64,000 nucleotides of DNA from Vicugna vicugna (GCA_013265495.1 MU058781.1:10521009-10585008), one strand, 5' to 3'; counted from the first letter of the stretch, positions 11,900 to 26,100 are shown. Program-made: numbers and translations. Notes: generated by a model from the sequence alone, not told the origin.

Positions 11900-12379
11900 T
11901 GCCTTAGTTTTCTATTGGTAATGTAAAAAATTATCATACTTTGGTTATTTAAAACAACATAATGTATTATCTCACAGTTCTATAGGTTAAAAGCCTGACT
12001 TGGGTCTTGCAGGGTGAAAATCAAGGTGTCAGCAGGGCTATGCTCTTTCCTGGAGGCTGTAGGGGAGAGTATATTTCCTTGCCAATGCGCTTTGGTTTGT
12101 GGCTCCATTTCTCCACCTTTAAGCCACAAAACATAACATCTCTTTGATCATCCTTCTTCCACAGTTACATGTCCTTCTGACCATAGCCAGGAAAGGTTCT
12201 CCACTTTTAAGAACTCCCGTGATTTATATTGGGGGTACTCAGAGAATCCGGGATAATTACCTTGTCTCAAAATTCTTCGCTTACTCACGTCTGCAAAGTC
12301 TCTTTGCCATCACATGCACAGGTTCCACAGATTAGGAAATGAGCATGTTTGGAGAGGCTGTTATTCTTCCTGCCATGCA
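11900..12379 (-). mobile_element. MaLR solo LTR (MLT1C/D-like)
   Basis: 'ttaaaacaacataatgtattatctcacagttct...aaaatcaaggtgtcagcagggct...tctgcaaagtctctttgccat...ttattcttcctgcca'. Confidence 0.85.
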
Positions 12380-14419
12380 CTTTTTGTATTTTTTCACAAT
12401 ACAGAGGGTTTTTAAACGCTGCTTATAAATCTGGTTTGTTGTCAAATCTGTGTCTCCACACAGGAACGTGAAAGTCAGTTAAGCAAATGAAATTCCCTGG
12501 ATTGTAACTGAACGCGATGTCAAAGAAAGCAAAATGGGACAGGCTGAAATGAATTCCGAGGTCCTTTGGCCGTAGGTGCCCCTGACATAAGACTTCATGT
12601 GGAAATAAAAAAGGAGGAACTGTGATGGAGAAGAGCAACCCTATTACAGGCGTGCTAGGGAAATGCAGCTGGGCTGCTGAAAAGCCCGCCACGAGGAAAG
12701 GCTGTGGACGCAGCATACACAACAAGAGGCTCTGTCCCGATAAACTCTGCTTAATCCCCTGGCTTCTGTGGCTCTCCTATTCTCTTCTTCTCCTAGGTAT
12801 CGTTTTGCAATAGGAGAAGGCACTGAAAGAGAAACATCTAGATCTCAGGGAATGGGACCAGCACACTCTACATTTAGATTATCTTCATGAAATACTTCTT
12901 TGAAATGTTTTCTAACTGTGGAAGACCAGTCAAAAATCTTCCACAATGTCTCACCCTTCCCCTACCTCCATAATCTGCCCAATAGTCAGTAATTCTTCTC
13001 CATATGGGCAAGAACATTGGTTCCTAACTAATTTGTACTATTTTTGTTCTGCAGACAGAGCACGTACAATGTTGTAACTCATGGAAACTATATTAATATC
13101 CTAAATGAGCATGTTTATGCAACCCATATAGAAATAGTGGAAGAATAGTTCCTTTCCCACAGTTTGTTCATCTCATTTATGTGTTTGGACTCACCTTTCC
13201 TTAGAGTGAAATAATTAGAAGAGTTCATAAAAACTAGAGTGTCTAACAGAGGCTGTTGTTTGCTGTCTACCAGAGGAAAATATGTTTGCTGGGACATACA
13301 TTGATTGGGAAATCTGTTCTTACTCGTAAGTGCAATTCTGGCCATATGCAAATAGAATTAGGACCCAATGGCTCACTGCCTCATGCGGTTCTGTGTGTCC
13401 CAGGAGTGCCACTGTGACTGCCAGCTGTCATCTGGCTCCTCAATTACAGCCCAACAGGACACCTGATTTTCTGCTGTTTTATGATAAGGTAATCAGTTAT
13501 ATATTTATACCCACCACAACTTGATTTGGTTATGGACTAGTATGTTTTCTGTTATTACTGTTTTAATGTGTATGGGGCTATTTAGTGTTTATGCTTTTTA
13601 TTCATCATGCCTATTTCATATCCCCTAGCACATGTACACATATTTATAGACATATTTATGAATTATCAAAATATTTATTATACTTAATAAATATGTAAAA
13701 TTTTATTAATTAATTATAAATAAAATTTAACAAATTCCATTGTTTTCAGATTGGAATTGTAAAGGAAAATCAGATGGTTTAATAATCACAGTGTTGAAAG
13801 GATGTCACCAGGACATAATATAAGTTGAATTCCTACAGTTTAACACTATGGAAAATTAGAGGCTACATGTATAAAAAGCTAACAGGTTGCCAATGATCCT
13901 TGTTTTATATGCCTATTCAGACACATGGTGTATTGAAAGGTACAAACGTTTTAGAACTATTTGCAAAAACTCCAGCCAATTATAATTAAAATTAATGGAG
14001 AGCCTATGTTTCATTTGCTACCATACTCTTTACAAGAGGTTCTAGGTGTAGGTAGTAAAATGGATATAGTAAGATTTTATTTCCTTTTCCACCCCCAGGC
14101 CTTTTGGGGAAATTGTGATTCATAGATACTGTCACACAATAGGAACAGAGGGAGGAAGAAAAGTTGTTGACAAATGCTGCATCTGTTTTAAACTAACCCA
14201 TAGAAATAAGATGATGTGTGTTTAAATATGTCTTTCTTTCTGAAGGACACTTTACATCATAGTCTTTGAGATGGACAGATTTCTATTAGTCACCTGGTAC
14301 CTGAATCTAACACGTAAAATGAGATGAGCACATTAACTTAGAAGGATAGAAATTTATTTTTAATATTATTAAAAGTTCATATCTTTTTCTTTTCTTGGAG
14401 AAAAAGAAATGGTCTATTT

Positions 14420-14560
14420 ATCTCTAATTTATTTATCTATATCTAGATAATATACCTAGGTCTAGATATGATTATATAGTCCCAATTTACACAGAGATAA
14501 ATTAGAGATAAGTAGGTAATTAGAGATAATAATTAGATATATAGATACATAGATAGAATA
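14420..14560. repeat. Low-complexity AT/GATA-rich tract
   Basis: Repeated 'attagagata' and 'atagat' units visible. Confidence 0.6.
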
Positions 14561-16744
14561 AATACAGGTGCTTTTTAAAAAACACAATTAATTCCCTTAC
14601 ACACAGGGCATACCTAGGCTACAAGGATGTATATGTCTATATGTGTATTGGGTGTGTGTGTAGTGAAACAAGGAAAACAATTTTATTTCTCTAGGGTTAA
14701 AACCTGCTTCTGAATAATAAAATAAATTAGTCACCTCAGTCCTTGAAAGCCAAGCCACTCACTCATTATGGCTTCTCATTGGAATTTGACGGGAGTAGAT
14801 CAAACAAAGAAGTGTTTGCCATAATCTCAATTAATTTAAATAGCTTGTGTCTCTGTGCTGGCAAAATACCATCAAAACTCAGGCGTCCAACAGCGCTGGT
14901 CCTTGTACAATGGTTTTGAAAGGTGGGTCAGATTTCTTAGCATAGAAGCACACCTGAAAACAACTGCATGTAGCTTTGAATCAATAAGAAATAAGAAGGA
15001 AATATATACCATAAACTAGGGTGGGTAAATTGCTGAGAGCCATTTCCAGGGGGCAATACAAATAAAACTACAGAAAGTTTCCCTGAAAATCAACAGAATC
15101 AGGACAAAATACAGATTTTTGAAATTTATCAAATGATTTGGTAAAAATAATTGAGTGGAATGCATATACACACAAACCCAGGAAGAGTGTGACTATAAAG
15201 TAATGAGACTGATTTAAGCAATCTCACATACAAGTGCTTTTCCATTCGGATGCTATAAATTGAAAACTGTCAGTTTCTCTATGGACCATTATGGCACCCA
15301 TTTACAAACAGGCACTTTTTATATTGACTTGGCTATAAAGGATGTTGACTTGCTCTACTTCCTGGTTTCAAATGGAACAATTATGTATTTTCCAGTCAAG
15401 CTTAAAATAGGCCACACTGAAAGTTTAATGAGATTTCTTCTCATGGAGAACTTCTCCCTCAAGACGTCAAGGCCACTTTTCTAACCAAAGAACAGGAACT
15501 ATTCTTTATACTCAGACATTCAGATTCATGTTTTTAATTAATCAATTATCCAGATGTTGTTCTCCACATAAGGTCAAATATTTGGATGCTGCTTTTTTTT
15601 TTTAATGCTTTACATCACATAAACAAAACATTTATAGTGATGGTGTGTGGATATAGATTGTTAGCCTTATATGGGTTAAAAAAAAAACCTTTGGATTTTC
15701 TTCCCTCAAGCAAAGCTTTAACATTTCTCAAATTCAGTTAATTTGAATGTTATGACAACCTTTGAAATATGACTTTTACCTGAAGAGAATGGTGTGAGCC
15801 TCTATTTTGAGTCATTTGCCTCTAGGTAAATGACAAGGCAATATCACTGGCAAACCTAACACAAGAAAGTCATTTCCAACTACCTATGATTATATTCAGG
15901 AAGTCTGGTATTTAAACAATTTTAAAACTAATGTTTGCAATCAAATAATTAGATAATTTGGCAAATTAACGATATCCTCTAAATTACCTCCCAAAGTAAT
16001 TATAATATTTATAATCAATTAAATTTGATGAGGAGATTTTCTTACATTTGTTCTTTGATGTCTATCCCTAAACCAAGGGCCAATTGCATTCACAAGTGGA
16101 AACTCCTCATAATCTATTAGTTCTTTTCAACTGTTTGGTTTGAGGGTAGGTATCAAAGGTTTAAGATTCCAGTTATTACTGTATATGTTTGACCTTTATT
16201 GATTTTATTGCTACACGGCTTTCTGTATATTTCTTTACTAACAGCAGAGGTATCATATATTAAAATTGATGCAGTAAAGAACCAAGAGGGTTTATTTCTA
16301 TGAGAAGTCTTCACTGAAAACCATTGATCATCACTGTGGTATTTGCTTTATTCAGTTTGATCATTTTTCTGAATTTTACTTTGGAAAAATACTTGAATGT
16401 TTTAGAAGAAGGATGGAGTTATTACTAAGAAATTGGTAAGATATATACTCAGCAACTGTTAGTAACCTAACAAGGGTTGTACTTCTTCAATGATAAAGGA
16501 GTCCTCATGGAAGGTGCAAAGCAACCTGAAGATGTATCTGTGAGAAAAGACAGGGAATTCTTTCTTCTTTAAATATGGAAACTAGTTGATTAACTATTAA
16601 AAGGGCCAGCAATTGTGGTCAAAGCTTTCAATAACATTAGTCATATATGGTCTGAAAAATCAGTCCAAGTAGTAATTCCCAAAGGTCTATGGACTGTTTC
16701 CTGAAACATATTAGTAAACCCAAATCAATATTGCTATAGGGCTT

Positions 16745-16930
16745 GGGTGATACACACTTTTGCTTGCTTCCTGGTTTAAATCTTGGATCCATCATTTGTC
16801 CCCTATGTGGCCTTGCTCAACTACTACATTTCTCTGTACTTCAGTTTCCTCATCTATAAAATGGGTGAAGATACCCATTTTGCTCACAGGATTAAATGAA
16901 GTAATGTTCTTCAGTGTCTTAGTGACTGAT
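16745..16930 (+). mobile_element. MIR SINE
   Basis: 'cctggtttaaatcttgg...tgtggccttg...ctctgtacttcagtttcctcatctataaaatggg...ggattaaatga'. Confidence 0.8.
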
Positions 16931-16984
16931 CTAATACGATATTTCTATAGACTGTTCTCAACATGACAAGCACATAGCTGCTGT

Positions 16985-17586
16985 TGAACCTAAGTCATCT
17001 CATCTCATTACACTCAAGATTCCCCAGTGGCACCCCATTACTTTTAGAGTAAAATGTAAAGTCCTTAAAGCAGCCCACAAGACCCTATACAATCTGTCCT
17101 CATTCGTGCTCTGTCACTTCTTTATCTTCATTTCTCGCAACTCTCTTTTGGCTCGAGCTACTCTAGACACCCTGTTCTCGATTATTCACAAACATTACAT
17201 CCATGCTTCTGCCTCAAGGCCTTTGCACTACCTGTTCCCCTTCTTGGGATAATCTTCCAAACAGCCACATAGCTCAACTTCCTTTTCTCCTTCAACCCCT
17301 GTCTCAGTTGTTACCATCTCTACGGTTCTATTTCAAAGAACAAACTCACCCATACCCCTCTTGATTCCCTTTATCTTGTTCTGTTTGTTTCTGTGATACT
17401 TGATACTCTGTAACCCACTGCATAATTGATTTATTATGTTTATAACCTGTTGTATTTCCCCAACTTGAATCATGAAGGCAGTTTTTTTTTTTTTTTAGCT
17501 TTGTATACCAGTTCATTCCTTACACCTGGAACAGTGCTCGGCATGAAGTATTCAAAAAATACTTGATGAATGAGCAAATAATGAAT
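16985..17586 (+). mobile_element. LINE-2 3' region
   Basis: 'agagtaaaatgtaaagtcctt...gcctcaaggcctttgcact...acacctggaacagtgctcggca...ttgatgaatga' with a TGAA-like tail. Confidence 0.8.
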
Positions 17587-18689
17587 AAGTGGTAGTGAGT
17601 TTTCACATTATTATTTGGCTTATTTTATGACTTGGTTCACTGCCATCGCCTCTACCATTTTTTCCCATGTGGTGGCATATGGCAGGTTAATCATTCTTCC
17701 CAAGTTGGAGCAGGTTGGTCAGGAGTCCAGGTAGCCTCCAGCTACCTTGGAATATAATCATCCCCCATTTATCTGCATTTACAAAATAGCCGCACAGCAG
17801 CATGCCTTTGAGTGAGCATTCATGAGGCTTCCAAAGAACACTGCTTTCTTTGTCCCACAGCAGGGGGAAAAAAATCTCAACAAAACTCAGTCTTGCCAAG
17901 TGCCACAATTTCCCTCCATTTCATGCCCTGAAATATAAAGCCAATTCAAGATCCACTTTTCAGCCATAGCTGACAGTACCTGGGTCCCTGCGTCTCCATC
18001 AGATACCATAACCATTGTCTGTAAGAAGAGCCTCTGATGGACCAAGTCCAGCTTAACTGCTAATGAGACGAGTCACATCACAGTCACACAAAAAATTCTC
18101 CAAATGTATTTGGACATGCAAATCATGGTGGAGCATGGGGTAAATAGTGGAGACTTTAAAGAGTAATTTCTCCTAAATAAAATTGTATAATTTACCTCTC
18201 TCCTCTTTCTTTATCCCATAAATACAAAGAGTATAAATTACATTGTGGGAGATGACAGATGGTCTCAGAGAGAAAATGTGAACAATAGTCACTTTGTCTT
18301 CGTTTGGGCAAGCAAGATGAGAGAAGCTCACACCACAGCACGTGAAGGAGAGGTATGGTTGCTGAAGAATGATGTACAATATTCTCATAAGCTTCTAAGG
18401 GATCAAAAATAGATCACTGTGCATGGAATCTACATAACGCTGCTCTTGTGTAAAATTGAGGAATAAGCAAAAACACCTTACCCAGCAACTGGGTTGGAAA
18501 GGATAGCCCTCTACGTTACCACTTTACCAAGTTTAAAATCATGGAAGAGAACAGGACTGTGCATGAATAACAATATATGAAATTAGTTCAATAGGATAAT
18601 TTCTGTAAGTCAGTCGGGATATAAGTATGCATAGAATAGGTACAGCTCAGTGACTGGCATGTCAGCTGTGTGACTAAATAACACACTGA

Positions 18690-19340
18690 ACCCATTCATT
18701 ATTGCACATTCCTTATTGAGCTTCCTCTGTAATTGGCACTGTGCTCAAGTAGGGGGAAGGATGAAGAAAACAGTCCTTGCCATTAAGGAAGTTACAACTG
18801 AATGTGGGAGAAAGACAAGGAATGTAATGACTTACCATATACACTCGATCCTTGAATGACATTGGATTGAATGTGCAGGTCCACTTATATGTGTATTTTT
18901 TTGAGTAGTAAATACTACAGCACTACACGATCTGCAGTTGGTTGAATCCTTGGATGCCAAACCCCAGGTACAGAGGAACCCTGAATATAGAAGGCCAACG
19001 ATAAGTTTTACTTGAATTTTCAACTGTACAGAAGGTTGATACTCCTAACCCTACCCCATAGTTGTTCAAGGGTCAATTGTAATGTGTTTGCAGTCAATGA
19101 AAAGGTAAGTCCTTGAATGCTGAGGGAACATAAAAAGATATTGTGGGCGCCAATCTTAAGTGGGAAGGTGAAGATGGTAAACACTTCCAAGAGGATGGTA
19201 ATGGGTCAGCAAAGTCTTGAGAAATGCCTAAACTGGGGTTAGCTAGAAGGAAAGGGGATTGAGTGGGAGAGGACTTGATTAGCAAAAGGAGAAGCTTGAG
19301 CAAAGGGATGAGGGCAAGAAAGGTTAAGCTAGAAGGTACA
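18690..19340 (-). mobile_element. LINE-2 fragment interrupted by MER8
   Basis: 'ttattgagcttcctctgt...ggcactgtgct...gtccttgccattaaggaagttaca' before the MER8; 'gaagcttgagcaaagggatgagg' after it. Confidence 0.6.
18842..19079 (+). mobile_element. MER8-like Tigger2-family MITE (TcMar DNA transposon)
   Basis: 238 bp. Terminal inverted repeats 'cactcgatccttgaa' / 'ttgttcaagggtcaattg' (consensus CAGTTGACCCTTGAACAA), flanked by TA at 18840-41 and 19080-81. Confidence 0.85.
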
Positions 19341-19699
19341 CGTAAGGGACAAGAGGCAGGCAACAGACTGTGGAAGATTTTCTCTGCTATCCAAAAGAGG
19401 ATGCAACAAGTGCTCCTTCAGAAAATAATACCACTGACAATACCAAAAATGCAAGCAGCCGGACAGATGATGACTTAATTCATTGAGAAAGAGAACTAAA
19501 GACAGACTACTTCCAAGGGGATGGTAAGTAGAAGCAAACTGATGCTGAATCCAGTCTGGGTTATACTGAGTCCAGCACTGAGGGCTGTGTAGTAGAGTTG
19601 GAAAGATAGAGTGTAAGCTTATGAGAGAGAGAAAAACGTGAGGAAGAGTTGAGGTCATGAAGCACTTCATCAAAGCACATTTAGCTTCCTGACACATTC

Positions 19700-20330
19700 T
19701 TTATTTCCTGACTTCCCCTACTAGACATAAATTCCATGAGGACAAGGACTTTGCTTATTAGTTTCTGGACTCTCAGCATCTAGAACCATGCTTGAATCAT
19801 AGTGGGTATTCAGGGAATGTTTTCAGAAAAGATTAATTATTCAGAATTGTAGCTGAAGAGGATGTGTTTAGCTAAGACCACATCTTACATGGAGTGGAAA
19901 TGAAAGAGGACATAGAACGGAATTCTAACTCAAGCATTGGATGAGCACCAAGGAATTAGGAGAATTAGGCGATGATGGTGTTATAGAGGCTAATGAAAGA
20001 GATTGTGGAAAACTGTTCTCAATGTCACAGAGCACTAAGAAGGAATTTATTAGTGACCTAAAGCGGTCCAGTGTGGCTCCAGTGCATAGGTGGAGACAAA
20101 GCCTAAATGCTGAGAACTGAGTAACTAAATGAGGTGAGAGTACCATTACTCCTGTTCAACACATGAGATGGAGAATTGACTGAGCAATAGCTGCCCAGAA
20201 ATGTTGGGTCAAGGAAGAATTTCATGTCTACATATTTACATTTTTATTGGGAGCTGTTTAGTTATAGTTAAAGGCTTAATAGTGAAGTAGAGATTGAAGA
20301 TAGGACAGAGTGATCACTAGAGGAGTAAGA
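19700..20330. mobile_element. LINE-2 fragments (3' end on + at about 19700-19830; antisense piece at about 19850-20330)
   Basis: 'ctagacataaattccatgaggacaaggacttt...catctagaaccatgcttg' and a purine-rich antisense L2 segment. Confidence 0.55.
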
Positions 20331-21539
20331 TCGATGGGACAGGTCTGTCTTGGTGCTGGCTGTATCCTGAGTTCCCTGCAAGCATTGGCTACATAGAAAA
20401 CACTCTATTAATCCTTATTAATTAAATGAATTTACATTGAATGAGATAATGATGAAATCAGTGAATATACGAGGATCAGGATCAGGAAAGAATAGCTCTC
20501 GAGTAGGAAGGAGGCTAGTGTGTCTCTTTGTCTTACTTTCCCCAGGTCATCATGGCTTGACTCCCACATACATTTGCTCTTTTTTGGATTTGAAGGGGCT
20601 AATGGCTTTTTGAGCCCTGATCTCCCTCTCTTGTCCCAAACTCTTGGTGTCCTTCCCTTCTTACATAAAATCAGACCATGTGGACACACATCTGTTTCCA
20701 CTTTCCCTCTCCTCCAGCTTAATTTCTTCAGTTCCACTTGGCTCTACCAGGCTTTGCATCACATATTTTATTTTACTTGCATGTGAACATCCTTAGCTCT
20801 AGCAAGACAAACTTACCCACACTCTGCTGGCCTCTCTATCCCACTTTGGAGCACTGGATGGATTATCTGAGATTTCTAGGCAACCTTTCTTGTTGTTTTG
20901 CAATCAAACCTGCTCCCTGTCTCATGTAAACTCATGTGAAAGCCTCACCCTCCTTTATGAAGTTATCAAAGATGCCTCACAAAACACACACTCAATGGTA
21001 TAACTCATCTGCTGTTTTTATGAGTGGACTAACTCCAAATTGTTTTTCATGGAGACACATAGGATGATGACATTTACTAGCACACATACTCCTCAAGGGT
21101 ACACCTGAGAGTGCTGATCATTTTCTCAAACACTTGCAGTAACTTCTCCCTTATTCTCCCACTCATAATGGATGTGAATAAGAATTATGCTATGCAGATA
21201 ACACAAAATTATCCCTAATTTAATAATTTCATAAGCTTCAATGTAACTATTAATAAAAATTACTTTTGAAAAACCACACCAACATTTAGAGCACAATTAA
21301 AGCAGACAAATATTTGAAAGGACAGACAACTTTACCCTGTGTGGCTGTAGACTAAATCCTAAATCCTGCCTGACCATCTTATCTATTTGAATTCCTAGCA
21401 TTGAGGGGATTTATACAAGATTTCTAGCAAAGAGAGAATTTAGACTAAATTTATCACCAATCCCAGAATAGCAATTCAAAGCTCATGCCTTTTTCTTGAC
21501 TGAAGTAGTGTGGATAATGTTGATTTATTCTATGGACAT

Positions 21540-22030
21540 TGTATGAGTTACCTATTATTGCATAATAAATTACCCTAAGACATAGACATTTACATCAGTT
21601 TATTATCATTGTTTTGCCCAGTTTCTGTGTATCCAGAGGAATCCAGGAAAAACTCAGGGTTTTAGTTAAAATGAGGTTTTAGTTAAGAGGTCATTTAGGA
21701 CTGTGGTCATCTAAAGAGTTGACAGGGGCTGAAGATGTGCTTTCCAGTGGCTCACTCTCACGCCTGGTGAGTTGGTGCCTGTTGGTGGAAAGAGGCCTCC
21801 GCTCCTCCCCATGTGGACCTCCCCATGAGACTGTTGGAGATCCTGGAGTGTGTGGTACAAGAAAGAAAGGCAGAAGCCTCAACATCTCTCATGTTTAGCT
21901 TGAGGTCACACCTCATCCTTTCTGCAATATCTTATTAGTTAATCAGAATGGCCTTATTTAGTATGAAAGAGGATTCCACAAAGGCATCAATACCAGGACC
22001 TGAAATTTGCTAGGGGTCCTCTTGACTGTC
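21540..22030 (-). mobile_element. MaLR solo LTR (MLT1F-like)
   Basis: 'tgtatgagttacctattattgcataataaattaccc...gttgacaggggctgaagatgtgctttccagtggctcactc...gtcacacctcatcctttctgcaatatc'. Confidence 0.8.
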
Positions 22031-25000
22031 ATGGAAATTCAGAGTTTTATAGAACTGATAAGGAGGGAACGCCTATATGCTTATAGAGATATTGTTGTGT
22101 ATTTAAGTAATTTTAGACTATGTGTTCATATATCTTCTTTGCCTACTGGGATTTCCCTTATAATAAAGATGCCTTGCTCACCTCAAACTCTTTATACTCT
22201 CACTATTCCTACCTGAGTGCCTTCACTATAATTAAGCTCAATAAAGTTTTATTGACAATAAGAAGAGAAGTGTATATATATTGACTTACATATTTTTTAG
22301 ATTTGTTTCGAAGTATTTTAGGGAGAGCTAAAAGTCCAGATAGGTTTTCACTTCAGCCAAGTCAGTAGGCTGTGTTTGTTCCAAATGCCCATGCATGATT
22401 TCAAGGGCATAATGGATATTACAGAGACTTTAAGTCTTCCTCCAAAAATACCGGAAACCCTGTTGGGATGGGGATAGCAGATGTGCAGCCCTGACATGAG
22501 GGACTGTGTTGTATTTCTGGATTAGATGTTCATTAAGGGAAAGTGGTGTAGATGAGCTGTATACTCAGGATTTACCACTAATGCCTTCCAGACCCACAGG
22601 AACCTTCTCCACTTATTTTTCTCCACTAACTTTAAGAAGACTTAAAGACCATCTCGGGAAGTCTGAGATCAATTCTGAATCTCACCTACGAGGAGATTTT
22701 GTCATTTAACTTTCTAACTGACTTGAAGCAAAAGAATGGCCTCACCAAACCTTGTTCGAACACCTTGTTACATGTGTTCATTTGCCCTGAGCACGGATAC
22801 GTAATCCAGGAGAATGGCTGTAAGCACATTGGAGCAGGGCTCAGCATGACCCCCACTCCCACTCCATCACAATGACATTGTACTGTAACAGGCCAGCAAA
22901 GAATCGGAGCTCCAAATGCATCCATGTCTCTGTTGCCTCCCTGCCTTGTAAAAATAGAAAGATGATGCTGACATAGCTTATAGAACTCTCGTGACAAATG
23001 GCTAATAAAAATCCAACAAAAGCACTCTATAAATACAAGACAGTACTCTATGAAGCATGTTATGACGTGAGGATACAGCCTAAGAGAACTAAACGCTTTC
23101 AGGATAATTAGTAGATTTTGGCAATGTCCTCAATGTCATTAAGACCTGAGTAACCATGTCTTCCAGAAATACACTCTGTAGTTGACTCAGACACAAGACT
23201 CTTCCAGCTTATCGGGACCACCTCATTCACTTTTTCTTAACAGGGTGGCTGTTGTTTGATTGGGTTGGGCTTCATGGTGCCAATGAAACATGGCAAGTCA
23301 GATGATCAAAAGAAACAAATCCAGACCAGTTTAGTCACACAGACTTAGGTCCTGATATCTTTTTACTCTGTCCACTTGCCGTCTCTGAAATCTGTTTTGT
23401 AAATAATGACACTTTGGATTTATCTGGCGGAGAAGACTACTGGCTCTCAACCAGAAAGTTTTCTAAACTCTTCTATATACAAGGTAATTCATGGGTGAAT
23501 TTCTTATGCACTTTTATCCCCTGTAAACAAGGGGCAGATTTATTGAGTGAGGATATCAAAACAATTTCTACTGTGGAAGCAGAATGGAGGTGGGAGTCTA
23601 TAATCATATTTGATATTGTAACAGCTTAACTTTTTCTTGAATATACACTTTTTGACAACATATTTTTACTAAATTGAAATTTATTTCAATCTGAAGTGTT
23701 GGAAGAGGATTAGGAAACTGAAAACGATTGTGTTAAGTCTGCTACAATAAGAGGAAATTGTTTGAAAAGTAACCCAGTAACATGGAAAGCATCTGAATTG
23801 GAATTCCAGTTTTGTCAACTATTAAGACTATAAAGTGGACTAGTGGCTTATCATTCTCATTTCATTGATAAGAAAAACAGGACATAAAAATTAACATCTA
23901 CCTGTGTACAAGGATTAAGTGAGGCAAATTTGAATCTCTGTTTTGAGCATTTTGAGGTCAGCAGTGGATTAGGGCTATTTAAAAAATTACACAGGCCTGT
24001 TTAATGTGTGATTACAATTTTTCAGAGATATATCGTGTGGTATTTACAGCGAGATAAGAATGTATTTTAAATTGATCCTTGATTATATTTTCATTCTTTC
24101 AACTTGTTTGGCCTCATTTTCTCTGAGATAATAGCTATAGTTACATCCATTCCTCATTATGAAGCTGTTCCTTTTTCTTTCTTGACATTCTGTCCTCACT
24201 GACAAACAATGTTGAAACCACCCTTGAGATTATTTATCAGCGGAGTGCAAAGGAATGCAGTCTACGTGGTATGCATTTTTCTAGTTTTCTTACCTACAAA
24301 ATACATTTGCCAAATTTACATTTGTAAATAAACTAAGTACCTATTTCTACAATGCGTTAGCTTCTGAGGTCAACTCAAAGCTGCCCTAATGTGACCACTG
24401 CTCCATCATCTGTCCTTAAAACATCCAGGGAAATGTTCTCATTCCTCTCCTCCCTTCCCTCTCCTTAACCTTTTCAGTTATTACTGGAATACATTTTTAA
24501 TCCCTTTCCCTTCCTTTATTTCTCATGCCTGGAGTCCTTAGAAGAAATTTTAGATGGAAACATTCCACTTCCTGTCTAGCTTTTCAGAGTTAAAATTAAA
24601 TTTTTCATTAAAGGGAGAAATGTAGAGTATTATTCAGACTTTTAGAGCTTTGGGGAGTGAACCTATGAAAAAAAATGACTTTCCATATTTGCTTACAGAT
24701 AAAGAACCACGTGTCTATAATCAATAGACAGCCTCTATATGTAATTTATCTTTTTCTTATGCATTGTCTGTGAAAGATGATCTTGTGTTTCCTGACATAT
24801 TTTCAAGTAAATGATTTTATAAGAATGCTCCTATATTCCTACATTATTTTATCAAGTTGCATGTCGGTCTGGTACTTTCTCTCTATAATCTTAACCTTTC
24901 CTTTATTTGTCTAGTTTATGTAAAAGTATTTACTTTGGTTATTTTAATTACTTTGAGGGGAAAGAAATTCTAATGTACATTGATCTTTTTTATATATCTC

Positions 25001-25039
25001 TTACACGCTCAAAGTGCACACCACTACTATGAAAACCTT

Positions 25040-25250
25040 CTCATATCCATAATCCCCTGGCTTATTGAATGTACTCAAGTTACAGCATTCCTTTTCAGCT
25101 TGTATTGTAACTATGTGTATTTCTAATCTGTTTTCCATAGTAACCGAGAATTCTTTGAGGGCATAGATCTTACTCAACTGTATTTCCAGCACATAACATT
25201 GTGAGTGACTATAATTAATTCAATAAATATTGATGTATAAATAAATAAGT
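25040..25250 (+). mobile_element. LINE-2 3' end
   Basis: 'ttctttgagggcatagatctt...tgtatttccagcacataaca...ttcaataaatattga'. Confidence 0.65.
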
Positions 25251-25824
25251 ATCAGCTAATTTTTATTTATAGTCAAGGAATAAAATTTTAATTATTGCCA
25301 TCATTGTCTTTATTCAATCTCATTTTTTCAGTTTATTTCCAAATAACTGCATCAACAAAAAAGTGACAATAAATTCATCCTTAGACCAGTATCCAAAGTT
25401 TAGAACCAGTTTCACTGTATCGTTTATTTTTTTGTATTCAAAACATTTGTTTCTGTATTAATAGTCTTCTCAAAGAAAGCTATGAATAAAATGTCAATTT
25501 TTTTCAAATTTCTATCTAGTCATTTTTAAGATACTCTTTAAATCTCAACAACTAATCTTGGTGGAAATTAATTAAATTACATCCAAAACATTATAAAAGC
25601 CTACTATTTAAAGGTACCTTAGAATTCATCTAATACTTAAAAAAATGCTAATGAAACTTACTTAGATTGATCATTGTTTATGCACACAGGAAAGATAGCT
25701 AGAACATTAGTTCACTTCATTCACTCCAAAGAGAAGATGTAGAAATAAACTAGAACACATCTGAGATTTCAGGGCTCAGTTCATGTTTACAAGACTGAGA
25801 AGTCGGACCCTAGTGTGATTTAGT

Positions 25825-26100
25825 GGTGATACATTAGTCTGGATAACAATTAAATCTCAGTAGTCACTTATCGCACCAAAAGTTTATTTCTGGTTTACAT
25901 GAATCTGATGTTTTTGGCAGGGGCTTTTATCCATTTCAGGCTTTGATCCAACATGCATCCTTCAGCATGGATATGACTGTGCAAGCAAACTGTACAGATG
26001 CCACACCAGCTATTAATCCCCTTGGATCAAAATGACATGTCATTTTTGGTTCCCCTTATTTGGCTAAAACTAGTCATAAGGGCCTGCCGGACCCTATCCT
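25825..26100 (-). mobile_element. Old MaLR LTR fragment (MLT1J/K-like)
   Basis: 'ataacaattaaatctcagtag...aaaagtttatttctgg...tttggctaaaactagtcataagggcc'. Confidence 0.55.

Noticed and set aside
12775..12890. Strong acceptor 'ctcctattctcttcttctcctag|G' followed by a 30-codon frame (YRFAIGEGTERETSRSQGMGPAHSTFRLSS*)
   Set aside because: The peptide is unrecognised and I find no convincing partner exon or donor. Isolated acceptors are common.
12917..12945. 9-bp inverted repeat TGTGGAAGA/TCTTCCACA (similarly GCCTTGGC/GCCAAGGC at 53364-53388)
   Set aside because: Stems of 8-9 bp are expected a few times by chance in 64 kb, and bacterial terminator logic does not apply here.
14878..14902. Possible REST/NRSE site around 'caacagcgctgg'
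   Set aside because: Only part of one half-site matches.
16405..16441. 'ATGGAGTTTATTACTAAGAAATTG|gtaaga' as a coding exon
   Set aside because: The upstream acceptor is poor, the peptide is unrecognised and there is no supporting exon chain.
19346..19486. Protein-looking open frame (QTVEDFLCYPKEDATSAPSENNTTDNTKNASSRTDDDLIH*)
   Set aside because: No start codon or good splice acceptor, it sits among L2 remnants, and I recognise no homology. A tBLASTn hit would be needed to revive it as a pseudogene fragment.
26029..26046. Perfect 18-bp palindrome AAAATGACATGTCATTTT
   Set aside because: It falls on the quasi-palindromic 'gaagtgaca...tcacttc' motif typical of MLT1 LTRs, so the repeat explains it.
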